DNA of 64,000 nt from Candidatus Poribacteria bacterium (GTDB taxonomy: Bacteria; Poribacteria; WGA-4E; WGA-3G), in assembly GCA_965214095.1 (NCBI GenBank), contig OZ243938.1, positions 2,784,001 to 2,848,000 of the forward strand, read 5' to 3'. Below are positions 47,814-58,157 of the stretch, in pieces. The notes under the pieces were generated by a model. That model did no database searches, was not told the DNA's origin, and was given only the letters and a program-made list of their open reading frames with translations. Every line of letters starts with the position of its first letter. Position 1 is the stretch's first letter. A program made the position numbers and the translations under genes.

Positions 47814-48347
47814 TTATTGCGTGGACAAGGAATCAGTCAAGTTCGGTAACCATCGTGAAAAGAAATGGATCGCCTCATCATCTTGGCGATGTGGTGCAAG
47901 TAGGTATTTTCCTTTAGATCTTTCTGAATAGCCAAGAACATAGAAACCGATTGAATGATGGTATCCAACAGCAACAATGCCAACCGCATTAAGACCGATG
48001 GCGATCACACCAACTGCGTTTGTCCCGATGGCGACAACCCCTACAACGTTTACCCCGAAAACAAACACCCCTGCCATGTTAATACCAACTGAGACTATGC
48101 TGATGGCGCATACGCCTAATGTAATAACACTATAATGAATGTTCCCTCCATCAAATATAGCACCTATATCCATAAACCAAGAAGTGAGCAGATGTGAAAA
48201 ATCCCAACTGCGTATAGGAATGCATATAGTGATAAAAGTTATGAAGGTTATTAATACTGCGTAAACGATGCTCCACTTTACCAAATAAGGCTTAAATGCA
48301 TTTTTAAAGTTTTCAGCGTTTGACATATCTTGTGATGTATCTTGCAT
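47814..48347 (-). CDS. Membrane protein with GxxAxG decamer repeats
   Basis: GVNVVGVVAIGTNAVGVIAIGLNAVGIVAVG. Confidence 0.65.
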   Translation of the reverse strand: MQDTSQDMSNAENFKNAFKPYLVKWSIVYAVLITFITFITICIPIRSWDFSHLLTSWFMDIGAIFDGGNIHYSVITLGVCAISIVSVGINMAGVFVFGVNVVGVVAIGTNAVGVIAIGLNAVGIVAVGYHHSIGFYVLGYSERSKGKYLLAPHRQDDEAIHFFSRWLPNLTDSLSTQ

Positions 48348-48363
48348 TGAGTTGTCTCCTTAT

Positions 48364-49458
48364 TTACGTTGCAGTGTTGCCAGCATTTACAATCCAACCA
48401 CCACCAAGAACGTATTCTCCATCATAAAAGACGGTGGCTTGACCGGGGGTGATTGCGCGACGTGGTTCGTCAAACTTAACAACTGCTTCTGTCTCACTCA
48501 CGGGAGTAATTGTCGCAGGACCACCCTCGTCACGAGAACGGATTTTAACGTGTGCGCGTATCGGTTCTGTCATCTTCTCAATTGAGATGAGGTTGATACG
48601 TTCTACGTGCATAGTATCTTCAAGGAGATCGTCATGTTCTCCGACAACGACGGTGTTATCTGATGCGTCGAGTTTCGTCACATAAAGCGGCTTGCCGACT
48701 GCGATGCCTAACCCACGACGTTGTCCAACGGTATAAAATGGCACACCTTGATGCTTGCCGAGTACTTTACCATCCTGGTCAATAATATTGCCACCTTCAA
48801 TCTTTTCAGGAATTCTATCTTGAAGGAACCTTCTATAATTGGTATCTGCGACGAAACAGAGTTCCTGACTTTCAATCTTTTCGGCTGTTCGCAACTGATA
48901 CTTGCGTGCGAGGTCACGCACTTCTGCTTTTGTATATTCACCGAGAGGCATCATGGCACATCGTAATTGCTCCTGTGTGAGTGCAGCAAGGAAATAGGAT
49001 TGATCTTTGCTAACATCAAGTGCCTTTCGTAAAAGATAACGACTTGTCTCAGGATGCTGTTCAATTCGGGCATAATGTCCTGTGGCTATTGTCTCACATT
49101 CCAATGATTTTGCCAGGTCAAGGAGTTTCCCGAATTTGAGTTTACGGTTACAGACCATGCATGGACTTGGTGTGCGACCAACGAGATATTCTTCTACAAA
49201 ATAGTCAATAATCTGTTCTCGGAATATATCTTCGTAATTCACGCCATAAAAAGGGATTCCAAGTTGTGTGGCAACGCGCCGCGCATCCTCAATGCCTTCA
49301 AGTGAACAGCAATTGGGACGTTCCGGTTCTACTTCAATGGTATCAGGCGCACCGAGCCGCATAGTGATGCCTGTGACATCATATCCAGTGTCAACCATCA
49401 TGGCAGCGGTAACAGAACTATCTACGCCACCGCTCATTGCGACGAGTACTTTTTCCAT
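48364..49458 (-). CDS. mnmA: tRNA 2-thiouridylase
   Basis: AMSGGVDSSV, TPSPCMVCN, ATGHY, KDQSYFL, YTVGQRRGL, TPGQ. Confidence 0.96.
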   Translation of the reverse strand: MEKVLVAMSGGVDSSVTAAMMVDTGYDVTGITMRLGAPDTIEVEPERPNCCSLEGIEDARRVATQLGIPFYGVNYEDIFREQIIDYFVEEYLVGRTPSPCMVCNRKLKFGKLLDLAKSLECETIATGHYARIEQHPETSRYLLRKALDVSKDQSYFLAALTQEQLRCAMMPLGEYTKAEVRDLARKYQLRTAEKIESQELCFVADTNYRRFLQDRIPEKIEGGNIIDQDGKVLGKHQGVPFYTVGQRRGLGIAVGKPLYVTKLDASDNTVVVGEHDDLLEDTMHVERINLISIEKMTEPIRAHVKIRSRDEGGPATITPVSETEAVVKFDEPRRAITPGQATVFYDGEYVLGGGWIVNAGNTAT

Positions 49459-49497
49459 GGGATATTACCTTGGGGTGTTTACGGTATAAGGTATTTA

Positions 49498-50664
49498 CTA
49501 CGCTTCAACTTGCCAATGTTCATTGCCAGCATAGCGTGCATCATAAACATCTTGATTAAATTCCAAACCGAGACCGGGTGTATCGGGCACTGTGAACGTT
49601 CCATCTGAGAATTCATAACCAGAAACATCAATTACATCACTGGTTAACGTTGCGACTTCACCGTAAAGAAAATGTGGGATCGATTTTGCGAATTGGAGAC
49701 TGAGGAAAAACCCGAGTAGAGAACCCCAGTTATGTGGAGCACATTGGACATTACCCGCAGCTGCCATATCAGAAAGTCGTCTCCAACCTGTCACACCAAG
49801 TCCTTTCATGTCGTGTTGGATGACATCAAGGACACCCGCTTCAAAGAACGGATCGTAGAATTCAAGTGGAGCACGGGTGCGGGTTTCACCATCAGCGATT
49901 AAGGTGTTTAAGCCTTTTTCTTGGATATATGCTTTTAAGTTGCGGTATAATTCAACATCTTCTTCAAACATCTCTTCAATCCAGAACACATCACATTCAC
50001 TTGTTTCGTCAAGGAAAGTGATCACTTCATCGTAAGTATATGCGTTGTTCGCATCAACGAGGATATTGTAACCGTCTCCTGCAATGCTTCGGGCAAGTTG
50101 CACGACCTCTATGTCCCGTTCTAACCCGGCTTTACGTTCCATGAGATGATTGCCGCGTCCCATTTTCATTTTGCACGCGGTGAATCCATCTGTCAGACTC
50201 TTCTTGACATCATCCTCTATGCGTTTGAGACCTTCGGCTTTTGTTTCATATAACAGATCGTTGAAATAAATTGTGCTATCATACGCAGGTAATCCGTTAC
50301 CGTAAGATTCAGTTCCCATGAGTTGATATGCAGGTTTTCCAAGAATTTTCCCGATTGTATCCCACAAGGCATTTTCAAATCCACGGTATTTTTCAACAAC
50401 TCCATTTTCAGGATTCAACAAATCAAACGGATTCTTATTGATGGCAGACTTTGCTTCTTCTGCGGATGACCCCCAACTTGTTGCTCCCCAACCGAGTGTG
50501 CCATCATTGGTATATATACGCGTAATTCCTTCACGCCACTTACCATTGGGATCAGGTTGTTTTATCTCTTTTGCCCCTGAATTACAACCGATTGCTGGTT
50601 GATCAATTTCAATTGTAACCTGTTCAATTTTGATTATCTTGATATCCTTCGGATAATTAGGCAT
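49498..50664 (-). CDS. Mandelate racemase/enolase superfamily protein
   Basis: KMKMG, VDANN, WIEE, ADGE, APHNWG, PGLGL. Confidence 0.85.
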   Translation of the reverse strand: MPNYPKDIKIIKIEQVTIEIDQPAIGCNSGAKEIKQPDPNGKWREGITRIYTNDGTLGWGATSWGSSAEEAKSAINKNPFDLLNPENGVVEKYRGFENALWDTIGKILGKPAYQLMGTESYGNGLPAYDSTIYFNDLLYETKAEGLKRIEDDVKKSLTDGFTACKMKMGRGNHLMERKAGLERDIEVVQLARSIAGDGYNILVDANNAYTYDEVITFLDETSECDVFWIEEMFEEDVELYRNLKAYIQEKGLNTLIADGETRTRAPLEFYDPFFEAGVLDVIQHDMKGLGVTGWRRLSDMAAAGNVQCAPHNWGSLLGFFLSLQFAKSIPHFLYGEVATLTSDVIDVSGYEFSDGTFTVPDTPGLGLEFNQDVYDARYAGNEHWQVEA

Positions 50665-50771
50665 GTGTTCAAATCCCCTTCAATTGTGGCAGCATACATC
50701 TATAGGATAAGGATACTAAGGTTGTGTTTGATTGGAAAAGTAAAATTACTTCATGTATCTAATCAACAAGT

Positions 50772-51998
50772 TCAATCTTCTACACTTTCTTTTGGATCAA
50801 GTTCAACAAGCAAGGAATTAAGTTCATAATTGACCGTTGTGTTTTTCTCCTTATTTTCATAGTAGTCATAGAGCTTAAACTGTAAATTATCGGTCGGATT
50901 AGATTCTTCAATTTCCTTGATCAGTGCAGGTTTATTCAGTAGTTGTACGATAAGGACTCTGTCTTCGTGATTAGGAATTGCTTTGTTTATCAGCAAATCG
51001 ATTAATCGTGGTGCTAATCCAGATGCGCTCCCTTTTTCAGCATAAAGACTTAACGTATCAACAACAACCTTTTTCGTTTTTATACTTGAATCGTTGGTGA
51101 GCATGTCAATTAAATTATCAACAGCATTTGCATCAACATGCTTCTGTAATGCTCTGACAATGGAGATCCGCACTAAATCGTCGGTGTCTTTAAGAGCGTT
51201 GATCAATTTTGGTGTTGGCGGTGGATTTAGCAATATCATCGATCTGGCAGCAGCACGTCGTGCGACAACGTTAGCATCATTCAAACCTGCCTCAATGTCA
51301 TCTTTGTATGCTTTGTTGTTCAGTTTGTATAAAGCAGCAATAATCTCCATCTTCAAACCAGCATCCGTTGCTGTATTTTTTAGTGCTTCTAATCTGTCCT
51401 CGGCAGCAGGATCAGCGATTTCTCCGATAATACGGATCAATCTGTCCCTGACTAAAACAGGCGTGTCTGTGCTTTCAACTGCGGTGAAGAGTTCATCAAG
51501 ACCTTTGCTTCCAATTTGTGTTAGGATATAATCAAAGTCTGAATGTGCATTGGTATATTTATTTTCAATGAAACTCTTTATAATAAGGGGAATGACTGGT
51601 GTTCCTTTATCAATTAGGATTTGTATTGTATCCTTATGAACACGGTATCTCCCATCAAGAACCCGACAAGTTTCCCTCATTTCAGATAAGTTCAATTCTG
51701 CGAGTCGTCTGGCACGTTCATTTTTATATTCACTTTCTTTATTGTTGGTTCTTAACCACGCAGTGTTCTCAGAAAGGGCATGACTATATGCAATGAGCAA
51801 GAGTGCTCGAACTTCATCCTTATCTTCTTCTTCTACTTCGGCAAGTTTTAGATGTTCCTCAATTGCTTCAATTGCAAGTCCAGCTTGCAATAATTTATCT
51901 TTACCAGGCGATATTTCAGGTATGATTCCACCATCCTGCTTACAGCCAAACGACACAACCCATAGTAATACGAGGCATATCGTTATAAGTTTTTTCAT
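50772..51998 (-). CDS. HEAT-repeat lipoprotein
   Basis: MKKL...SFGC lipobox; repeats such as RRAAARS, LINALKD.DDLVR; paralog of 52838-54061. Confidence 0.78.
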   Translation of the reverse strand: MKKLITICLVLLWVVSFGCKQDGGIIPEISPGKDKLLQAGLAIEAIEEHLKLAEVEEEDKDEVRALLLIAYSHALSENTAWLRTNNKESEYKNERARRLAELNLSEMRETCRVLDGRYRVHKDTIQILIDKGTPVIPLIIKSFIENKYTNAHSDFDYILTQIGSKGLDELFTAVESTDTPVLVRDRLIRIIGEIADPAAEDRLEALKNTATDAGLKMEIIAALYKLNNKAYKDDIEAGLNDANVVARRAAARSMILLNPPPTPKLINALKDTDDLVRISIVRALQKHVDANAVDNLIDMLTNDSSIKTKKVVVDTLSLYAEKGSASGLAPRLIDLLINKAIPNHEDRVLIVQLLNKPALIKEIEESNPTDNLQFKLYDYYENKEKNTTVNYELNSLLVELDPKESVED

Positions 51999-52207
51999 GT
52001 TACGTTCGTTTTTTCCTCCTAACATCAACATAAATAAAATGTCCCATTCATAATGTTACTTCTATTATTTTTCCTCAAGATTACGAGGGTATCATTCTTC
52101 ATATATAATAAAACAGATGCATTTTTGTGTCAAGAATATATTTGCTTCCGTATTATCAGTGTGAATCCAATAGCAAAACAGAACAAATCGTTTGCAGTCA
52201 CTATACA

Positions 52208-52243
52208 ATATCACAGCCTCTTCCATGCTCATGAAAGAGGCTG
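52208..52243. terminator. Hairpin between the HEAT paralogs
   Basis: ACAGCCTCTTCCATG-CT-CATGAAAGAGGCTGT. Confidence 0.45.
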
Positions 52244-52272
52244 TATTTACATGTCCATATTGGTTGTTCAAT

Positions 52273-52825
52273 TTGACATACTCCCCCAGCTAAAGCAGGG
52301 GGATTCTTTTATCCCTCTGCCCTGGGTAAATTCTGCGATCAACAGTGAATGCAAACGCCAGCAAGGCCTTTGTTTGTCTTCTATCACCTACTGCACTGGA
52401 CGATGCCCCGCCCATTCATCTGTCACAGATTTTCACCTGTTTTAGATAGCAAGATTCTTTTTTGTGAAGTGGCACTGCCTCACCCGAAACAGTTCATTGT
52501 TGTCCTTCTTACCAGACACCCCGACACAACAAGAGATGACTTACTTCTCTTGGGGGTCTTTTATACAATATGTCTACTCGCTCCTTTTGAGAGTTCGCTA
52601 TTTAGCGACTTTGGTAACGCATATTGCAGATATGTGCTGCATATCAACCCGCTCACGTGTTCCAGTTCGCATTCGACTGGCATGATATGGATGCTCTCCA
52701 CCTACCTACATGGTTGACGATGTAGTATTACATCTAATCTTTCGTTGGGCAGTCAGTGATACCCCGCACATGTTAGCCGTTCTACATCCCAAAACTAAAG
52801 CATTGGGTTTTGAACGGAATGTTTG
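52273..52825 (-). mobile_element. Non-autonomous IS200/IS605-family remnant (both ends, decayed tnpB-like interior)
   Basis: Right end GAATCCCCCTGCTTTAGCTGGGGGAGTATGTCAA; left end CCGTTCAAAACCCAATGCTTTAGTTTTGGGATGTAG preceded by TTTAT; interior interrupted by stops. Confidence 0.7.
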
Positions 52826-52837
52826 ATAAAAGCACAA

Positions 52838-54061
52838 TTATTTGATTTCTTCAAGCAAATCAAAGAGTGCCTTTCTCACGAAATCACTTTCTTCCTGTTG
52901 TGAATAAGTGTAGAGTTGATTATATATATCCTCGGTTAGCTTCAATGCTTTAAGGGATTTTTTTAACACAGGATCCTGCAAGAATGTAACAATCCGAAGT
53001 CGTACATTGTCACTGCTTATCTCTTTATTTATGAGTAACTCAGCGACAGTTTTTGCGATTCCTCTTTTTAGTTCTCCACCAGCATGAACATACGTAGTAA
53101 GCGTATTTAACACCTCTTGCTTGACATTTTGTTGTTCTTCCCTATCAGCATCTTTATTTTCGCTCTTCAGAACGTTTACCAAAGGTTGTACTGCATTTTT
53201 TGATTTATGTACAGCCAGTGCCTTAACAATTTCCTTTACTACCTGTTGATCATCGTCTTTAAGAGCATTGATGAGAGAGGAAGTGTTGACATTCTTTAGG
53301 TTCGCCATAGATTTTGCTGCAGCCCGACGCACTTCAACCTTATCTGATTTCAATCCGGCAAGTATCTGAGATTTATAGGAACTATCACCGAGTCTATATA
53401 ACGTTGTATACAATTCCATTTTGAGTGCTGCGGACATATTTGTCAGGTCAATTGACTTTAATCTTTCGACTGTCGTTTTATCGCCAATTTCGCCGAGTAC
53501 GCCAATAAGTTTCATTTTTGTTGCGAGAGGAGTTGAAGCGTCAGTGATACTGTCTAAAACAGGATCAACCGCATTAGACTTCATCTTTACAAGAACATTT
53601 GTGAGATGATTTTGTATCTTTGGATATGTGCCAGCAACAAGATGTTTAATTATTACATTTGCGGCATCTGTTCCTTTTTCAACAAATACTTGAAAACCAT
53701 TCTGTTGAACTTGTGAACGTTTACTGAGAATTTCAATCATTTTGTCCATCTCAGCATCGTTTAAGGCAGCTATTCTTTGTTCCTTTTGTTTCTCGTATTC
53801 CGATTCAAATGTCTGTCCTCTTGTAACACCTGATGTTAGTGCATGTGAATATGCTATAACAAGCAATGCTCGGGGTTCTGCTTTATCCTCTTCTCTTTTT
53901 TCAGCCTCTATAAGATAATTATTTATGGCTTCAACTGCATTCCCTTTATCCATTAGTGTTGTCCTACCCACCTCCAGATGTGTGGGACCTTTCTGTTTCG
54001 TATCACAACCTATGCAGATGAATAAGAGTAAAATCAACGGTATAATTGTAAGTTTCTTCAT
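52838..54061 (-). CDS. HEAT-repeat lipoprotein
   Basis: MKKL...CIGC lipobox; RALLVIAYSHAL shared with the paralog; HEAT repeats. Confidence 0.78.
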   Translation of the reverse strand: MKKLTIIPLILLLFICIGCDTKQKGPTHLEVGRTTLMDKGNAVEAINNYLIEAEKREEDKAEPRALLVIAYSHALTSGVTRGQTFESEYEKQKEQRIAALNDAEMDKMIEILSKRSQVQQNGFQVFVEKGTDAANVIIKHLVAGTYPKIQNHLTNVLVKMKSNAVDPVLDSITDASTPLATKMKLIGVLGEIGDKTTVERLKSIDLTNMSAALKMELYTTLYRLGDSSYKSQILAGLKSDKVEVRRAAAKSMANLKNVNTSSLINALKDDDQQVVKEIVKALAVHKSKNAVQPLVNVLKSENKDADREEQQNVKQEVLNTLTTYVHAGGELKRGIAKTVAELLINKEISSDNVRLRIVTFLQDPVLKKSLKALKLTEDIYNQLYTYSQQEESDFVRKALFDLLEEIK

Positions 54062-54245
54062 AGACCCTTTATGTTCCTCCTAACACTATTATTTAAGAAC
54101 GATTTGTCAATATAACTGCGAATTTTTCAATAGTCTACATTATAAAAAATACCACATAATCTTCTAAAAGTCAAATCAAATACAGATAAGACAGGTTCAG
54201 AATTGTTCTGATCTATTGAGAATACATAGTAGAGCTGCTGCCTGA

Positions 54246-54656
54246 TTATTCCGCTAACAATTCAACTTTATATTCCTCAACAATGGCGTTCAAAACAGAT
54301 TGACGAATATCATCTAACTGTGATGCTAATTCCTCTTCAACATTAACCATCAGGCTGTGATCAAAAGTTTCACGTTCAGCACATGGGTCAAACGATTCAC
54401 CATGTGCTTCCAATAAGTGAGACAAGCGTTCAGGAGTTAATCCTGCTGAGATACCGTGTAAGTTCCACGCAGTACCATGGTAACCTTTCACATAGTCATC
54501 TCCGAGATTCTTTCGCAATATCTCTTCTCTTTCTGCACCTTGTACACTACTATTTTCAAGTTCTTCCATAGCAGCTATTGCCCTCGAATCCAATTCTATT
54601 TGAAATGCAGTTGAAGCATCTGCTGCAGCAACTGAATAGATTTTATAGTTTGTCAT
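54246..54656 (-). CDS. Hypothetical acidic protein
   Basis: AAGGA RBS, directly downstream of nnr. Confidence 0.65.
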   Translation of the reverse strand: MTNYKIYSVAAADASTAFQIELDSRAIAAMEELENSSVQGAEREEILRKNLGDDYVKGYHGTAWNLHGISAGLTPERLSHLLEAHGESFDPCAERETFDHSLMVNVEEELASQLDDIRQSVLNAIVEEYKVELLAE

Positions 54657-54674
54657 TTTCCTTCTCTATTTCGG

Positions 54675-56231
54675 TTATTCTTGTATCAATGTAGATATTG
54701 CCTGCGGTATTGTCCTTAACACATCGCTTGCGATGAGTCCATGCCTACCAAAAGTTTTGGCAGCGATGTCTCCCGCAAACCCGTGCAAATAAACACCAAG
54801 AGTCGCGGCGTTAGCACTTGGCACTTTTTGTGCAATCAATCCTGCGATAACTCCTGTCAGCACATCTCCCATACCCGCAGTTGCCATTCCTGGGTTGCCG
54901 GTAGCGTTTATCCAAACTCTACCATTTGGATAGGAAGTTATAGTAGGTGCACCTTTAAATACAAGTGTTCCCTCGTATCTTTCTGCGAATTCCGCCGTTG
55001 TGCTAATCCTGTCTGCAGCTAATGTCGGAATAGGAGTGTCTGTGAGCCGTGCCATCTCTCCGAGATGAGGTGTTAGGATTGTTTCCTCACCGAGTAATGG
55101 AATAAGTTCTTTTGCTTTTGCTAATGCATTCAAACCATCTGCATCAATAACCATTTGCAAACCCAGTCCTCGTTCACTATTATCCTTTATCAGTTGATGA
55201 ACAAGCACCACCGTTTCTCGGTTTTGCGACAGACCAGGTCCTATTGCGAGAACAGACTGAGTTCTTTCTGCAAATTCAAGGATAGGTTGGGTTGCTGATT
55301 CTGCTAAACTCCCATTTTCCGTTTCAGGTAAAGGCAGTGTCATAACTTCAGATAACTTAACCTCTAAAATAGAGTTTAGACTTTCCGGAATAGCGAGTGT
55401 CACAAGTCCCGCGCCTGCCCGTAAAGCAGCTTCACTTGTCAGAGAAGCCGCGCCTGTCATCCCTGTTGACCCGGCAATAACAAGCACACGTCCATAACTT
55501 CCTTTGTGTGAATCAGAAGCACGGGGTGGCAACCAAGCCGCTGCATCTTTTTCTGTTGTCCAATTAACTTTGATCTTCTGTGCATTAATGACTTGTTTCG
55601 GAAATCCAATGTCAACAATCTCTAATTGACCTGCAAGTTCAGCACCGGGTTGTAATAACAATCCTCTTTTAGGTAAACCAATAGTTACCGTCCTATCGGC
55701 TTTTACACAAGCACCTAAAGGAGCACCTGTATCTGCATCCAAACCAGATGGTAAGTCAACAGCAAGAATCGGCATGGATAGTTTGTTGATCTCATTGATT
55801 ATTGTTGAGATAGGTTCTCGTACATCACTATGCAATCCTGTACCAAAAATCGCATCTACCAACAATTCACATCTACGATTCTTTATATAGGTTGTATCAT
55901 CTGTCAAAGTCTCCTCAATACACAGTCCAAGCTTATATGCAATGTCCAAATTAGCTCGCGCTTCTCCTGAGAAGCTTTCTTGTGGAGAAACAAGAAAGAT
56001 ATGCACCTCACGTCCAACATGCGCGAGTTGACGTGCAATCACCAGACCATCCCCACCATTATTCCCTTTACCTACAAGAACACCGATTCGTTGCGCAGAT
56101 GGATAATGACATTCTATGGCACGAACAATTTCATTCCCCGCAGTTTCCATAAGAACGATGCCCGGGATACCAATACCATCAATTGTATCTTGGTCAATTT
56201 TGCGCATTTCAGCTGCAGTCACAACTTTCAT
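54675..56231 (-). CDS. nnr: Bifunctional NAD(P)H-hydrate epimerase/dehydratase
   Basis: LMETAG, GKGNNGGDG, DAIFGTG, DSHKGSYG, DADGL, TPHLGEM, GMGDVLTG. Confidence 0.94.
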   Translation of the reverse strand: MKVVTAAEMRKIDQDTIDGIGIPGIVLMETAGNEIVRAIECHYPSAQRIGVLVGKGNNGGDGLVIARQLAHVGREVHIFLVSPQESFSGEARANLDIAYKLGLCIEETLTDDTTYIKNRRCELLVDAIFGTGLHSDVREPISTIINEINKLSMPILAVDLPSGLDADTGAPLGACVKADRTVTIGLPKRGLLLQPGAELAGQLEIVDIGFPKQVINAQKIKVNWTTEKDAAAWLPPRASDSHKGSYGRVLVIAGSTGMTGAASLTSEAALRAGAGLVTLAIPESLNSILEVKLSEVMTLPLPETENGSLAESATQPILEFAERTQSVLAIGPGLSQNRETVVLVHQLIKDNSERGLGLQMVIDADGLNALAKAKELIPLLGEETILTPHLGEMARLTDTPIPTLAADRISTTAEFAERYEGTLVFKGAPTITSYPNGRVWINATGNPGMATAGMGDVLTGVIAGLIAQKVPSANAATLGVYLHGFAGDIAAKTFGRHGLIASDVLRTIPQAISTLIQE

Positions 56232-56635
56232 GCAGTTTCGCCTTGTAGTTTGTCAGCTAATTCCAATAAATACGTTTCCATTTTACAAGTAGCTTGTTCT
56301 AAGCTCTCTTGCGAAACCTGAATTTCCTGAATTCGTTCATCTTGATGCGTTTTTAGACAAAACGTCAAATTTGTGCGAAGATCGAACAGACTCTGATGAA
56401 TATGGTCTTGGAATGAACCATCTGGATACATCCACCGTCTACCACGCGTCTGACGTAAGTTGAAGTGGCAATGTCCGTTATCACCACCAAAACAATCAAA
56501 CCGCATAATCTCATCATCATAAACATATAGCGATGCTGCGGGACCACGTCCACCAACATCATCTCGCCAATAGACTTGCAACAAAACATTCTCTTGAATA
56601 GGATATTCAACCAGATCATGTTTTCGGTTAGCCAT
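56228..56635 (-). CDS. Hypothetical protein
   Basis: GAGGAGG RBS before MANRK; ATGA overlap with nnr; EIMRFDCF..GHCH motif. Confidence 0.7.
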   Translation of the reverse strand: MANRKHDLVEYPIQENVLLQVYWRDDVGGRGPAASLYVYDDEIMRFDCFGGDNGHCHFNLRQTRGRRWMYPDGSFQDHIHQSLFDLRTNLTFCLKTHQDERIQEIQVSQESLEQATCKMETYLLELADKLQGETA

Positions 56636-56953
56636 CTGTATCCTCCTCATCCACTAAAAAAGTATGTTGAGTTTCAACTTAATATGTGATAAATTATAGC
56701 ATTGTTACAATGAAGGGTCAAGATCTTACTAGACTAAATTGCGGAGTACCGTCTTGCAGATTTCAATTGATGTAGTATGGAAACTTGCTGAAGCTTCCTC
56801 GACAACATGTGACATGTCTTCATCCGATTCAGCAATTATCGCTAATATTCTGTTAGGTGATAACCTCATAAATCAATTGACATAACAGTTTGACTGTTGC
56901 GATCATCTGGTCGCACAATTTTGATCTACGGATCATAAAGAAAGGAAATTAAT

Positions 56954-57958
56954 ATGGCAAAATTTAAAGCAGGTATTATCGGTTGTGGTGGACGCGGACG
57001 CGCACATGCACAAGGATACAAAGCATCTCCTGATGTGGAGATAGTCGCATGCTCAGACCCAATTGAAGGCGCACGTGACAAATTCTCTGAACAGTTTGAA
57101 GTGCCGCGGACTTATGAAGACTATAATGAAATGCTTGAAAAGGAATCGCTGGATTTCGTCAGCGTATGCACATGGATTGCACTTCATAAAGATATGGTCA
57201 TCGCTGCTGCCAATAGCGGCATCAAAGCAATCCACTCCGAAAAACCGATGGCACCGACATGGGGTGAGGCAAAAGCACTCTATCAGGCATGCGTGGATAA
57301 CGATGTCGTGATAACTTTCTGTCATCAACGCCGTTTTGGTGCACAATTCATCAAGGCAAGACAATTGGCGAACGAAGGTGCAATAGGTGATTTGCGGAGA
57401 ATGGAAGGTTCATGTTCAAATCTACTTGATTGGGGAACACATTGGTTTGATATGTTCCAATTCTACAACAATGACGAACCTATTGACTGGGTTATTGGTC
57501 AAATAGATGTAACAGAGGAAAGAATCGTCTTCGGAACGCAGGTAGAAACCAGTGGTTTAACGTGGTACCGATGGAAAAACGGTGTAGAAGGCTTGTTGAC
57601 GACAGGTGGTGTCTCCTTAAGTGGATTCGCAAATCGTATCATTGGTACGAAAGGCATTATTGATGTCGGTGGTGGAGCACCGGTAAAAATGCTAAGAGAA
57701 GGGTCAAACGAATGGGAACAACCCGATCTCAGCGATGTTACCCCAAAAGGAAACGACACGACACTCTCTGTACTTGATCTAATTGACAGTGTCAAGACAG
57801 GACGTGAACCTGAGCTTAGTGGACGAAAAGCACTTCAGTCAACTGAACTTATATTCGCAACCTACCACTCCAGTCGTGAACGTGCCAAAATCACCTTACC
57901 ACTCACCGCAGATGATTCCGCACTTCTAACTATGGTCGCAGATGGAGATATCGGTTGA
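56954..57958 (+). CDS. Gfo/Idh/MocA family oxidoreductase
   Basis: GIIGCGGRG, EKPM, HQRRF, DWGTH. Confidence 0.9.
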   Translation: MAKFKAGIIGCGGRGRAHAQGYKASPDVEIVACSDPIEGARDKFSEQFEVPRTYEDYNEMLEKESLDFVSVCTWIALHKDMVIAAANSGIKAIHSEKPMAPTWGEAKALYQACVDNDVVITFCHQRRFGAQFIKARQLANEGAIGDLRRMEGSCSNLLDWGTHWFDMFQFYNNDEPIDWVIGQIDVTEERIVFGTQVETSGLTWYRWKNGVEGLLTTGGVSLSGFANRIIGTKGIIDVGGGAPVKMLREGSNEWEQPDLSDVTPKGNDTTLSVLDLIDSVKTGREPELSGRKALQSTELIFATYHSSRERAKITLPLTADDSALLTMVADGDIG

Positions 57959-57970
57959 TTTCAACTTAAT

Positions 57971-57993
57971 TGGGCAGGTTTTGAACCTGCCCA
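57971..57993 (+). terminator. Hairpin downstream of the oxidoreductase
   Basis: TGGGCAGGTT-TTG-AACCTGCCCA. Confidence 0.55.
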
Positions 57994-58157
57994 TAACACA
58001 AAACATAGGATATAGATACAATGCTATGTTTTTATCAACCTAATTATAATTCCTGCGTCTAAACCATAAATTTAATCCAATCTATATTAATAGGACATTA
58101 ATTCTTGTGAATACACGCGAAGTTGAATCCAAACTTCGTAGTAGTGGGGGAAAACGC

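Noticed and set aside
52053-52717. Plus-strand ORFs over the IS relic
   Set aside because: No recognisable motifs; they overlap the element ends and lie antisense to the decayed interior
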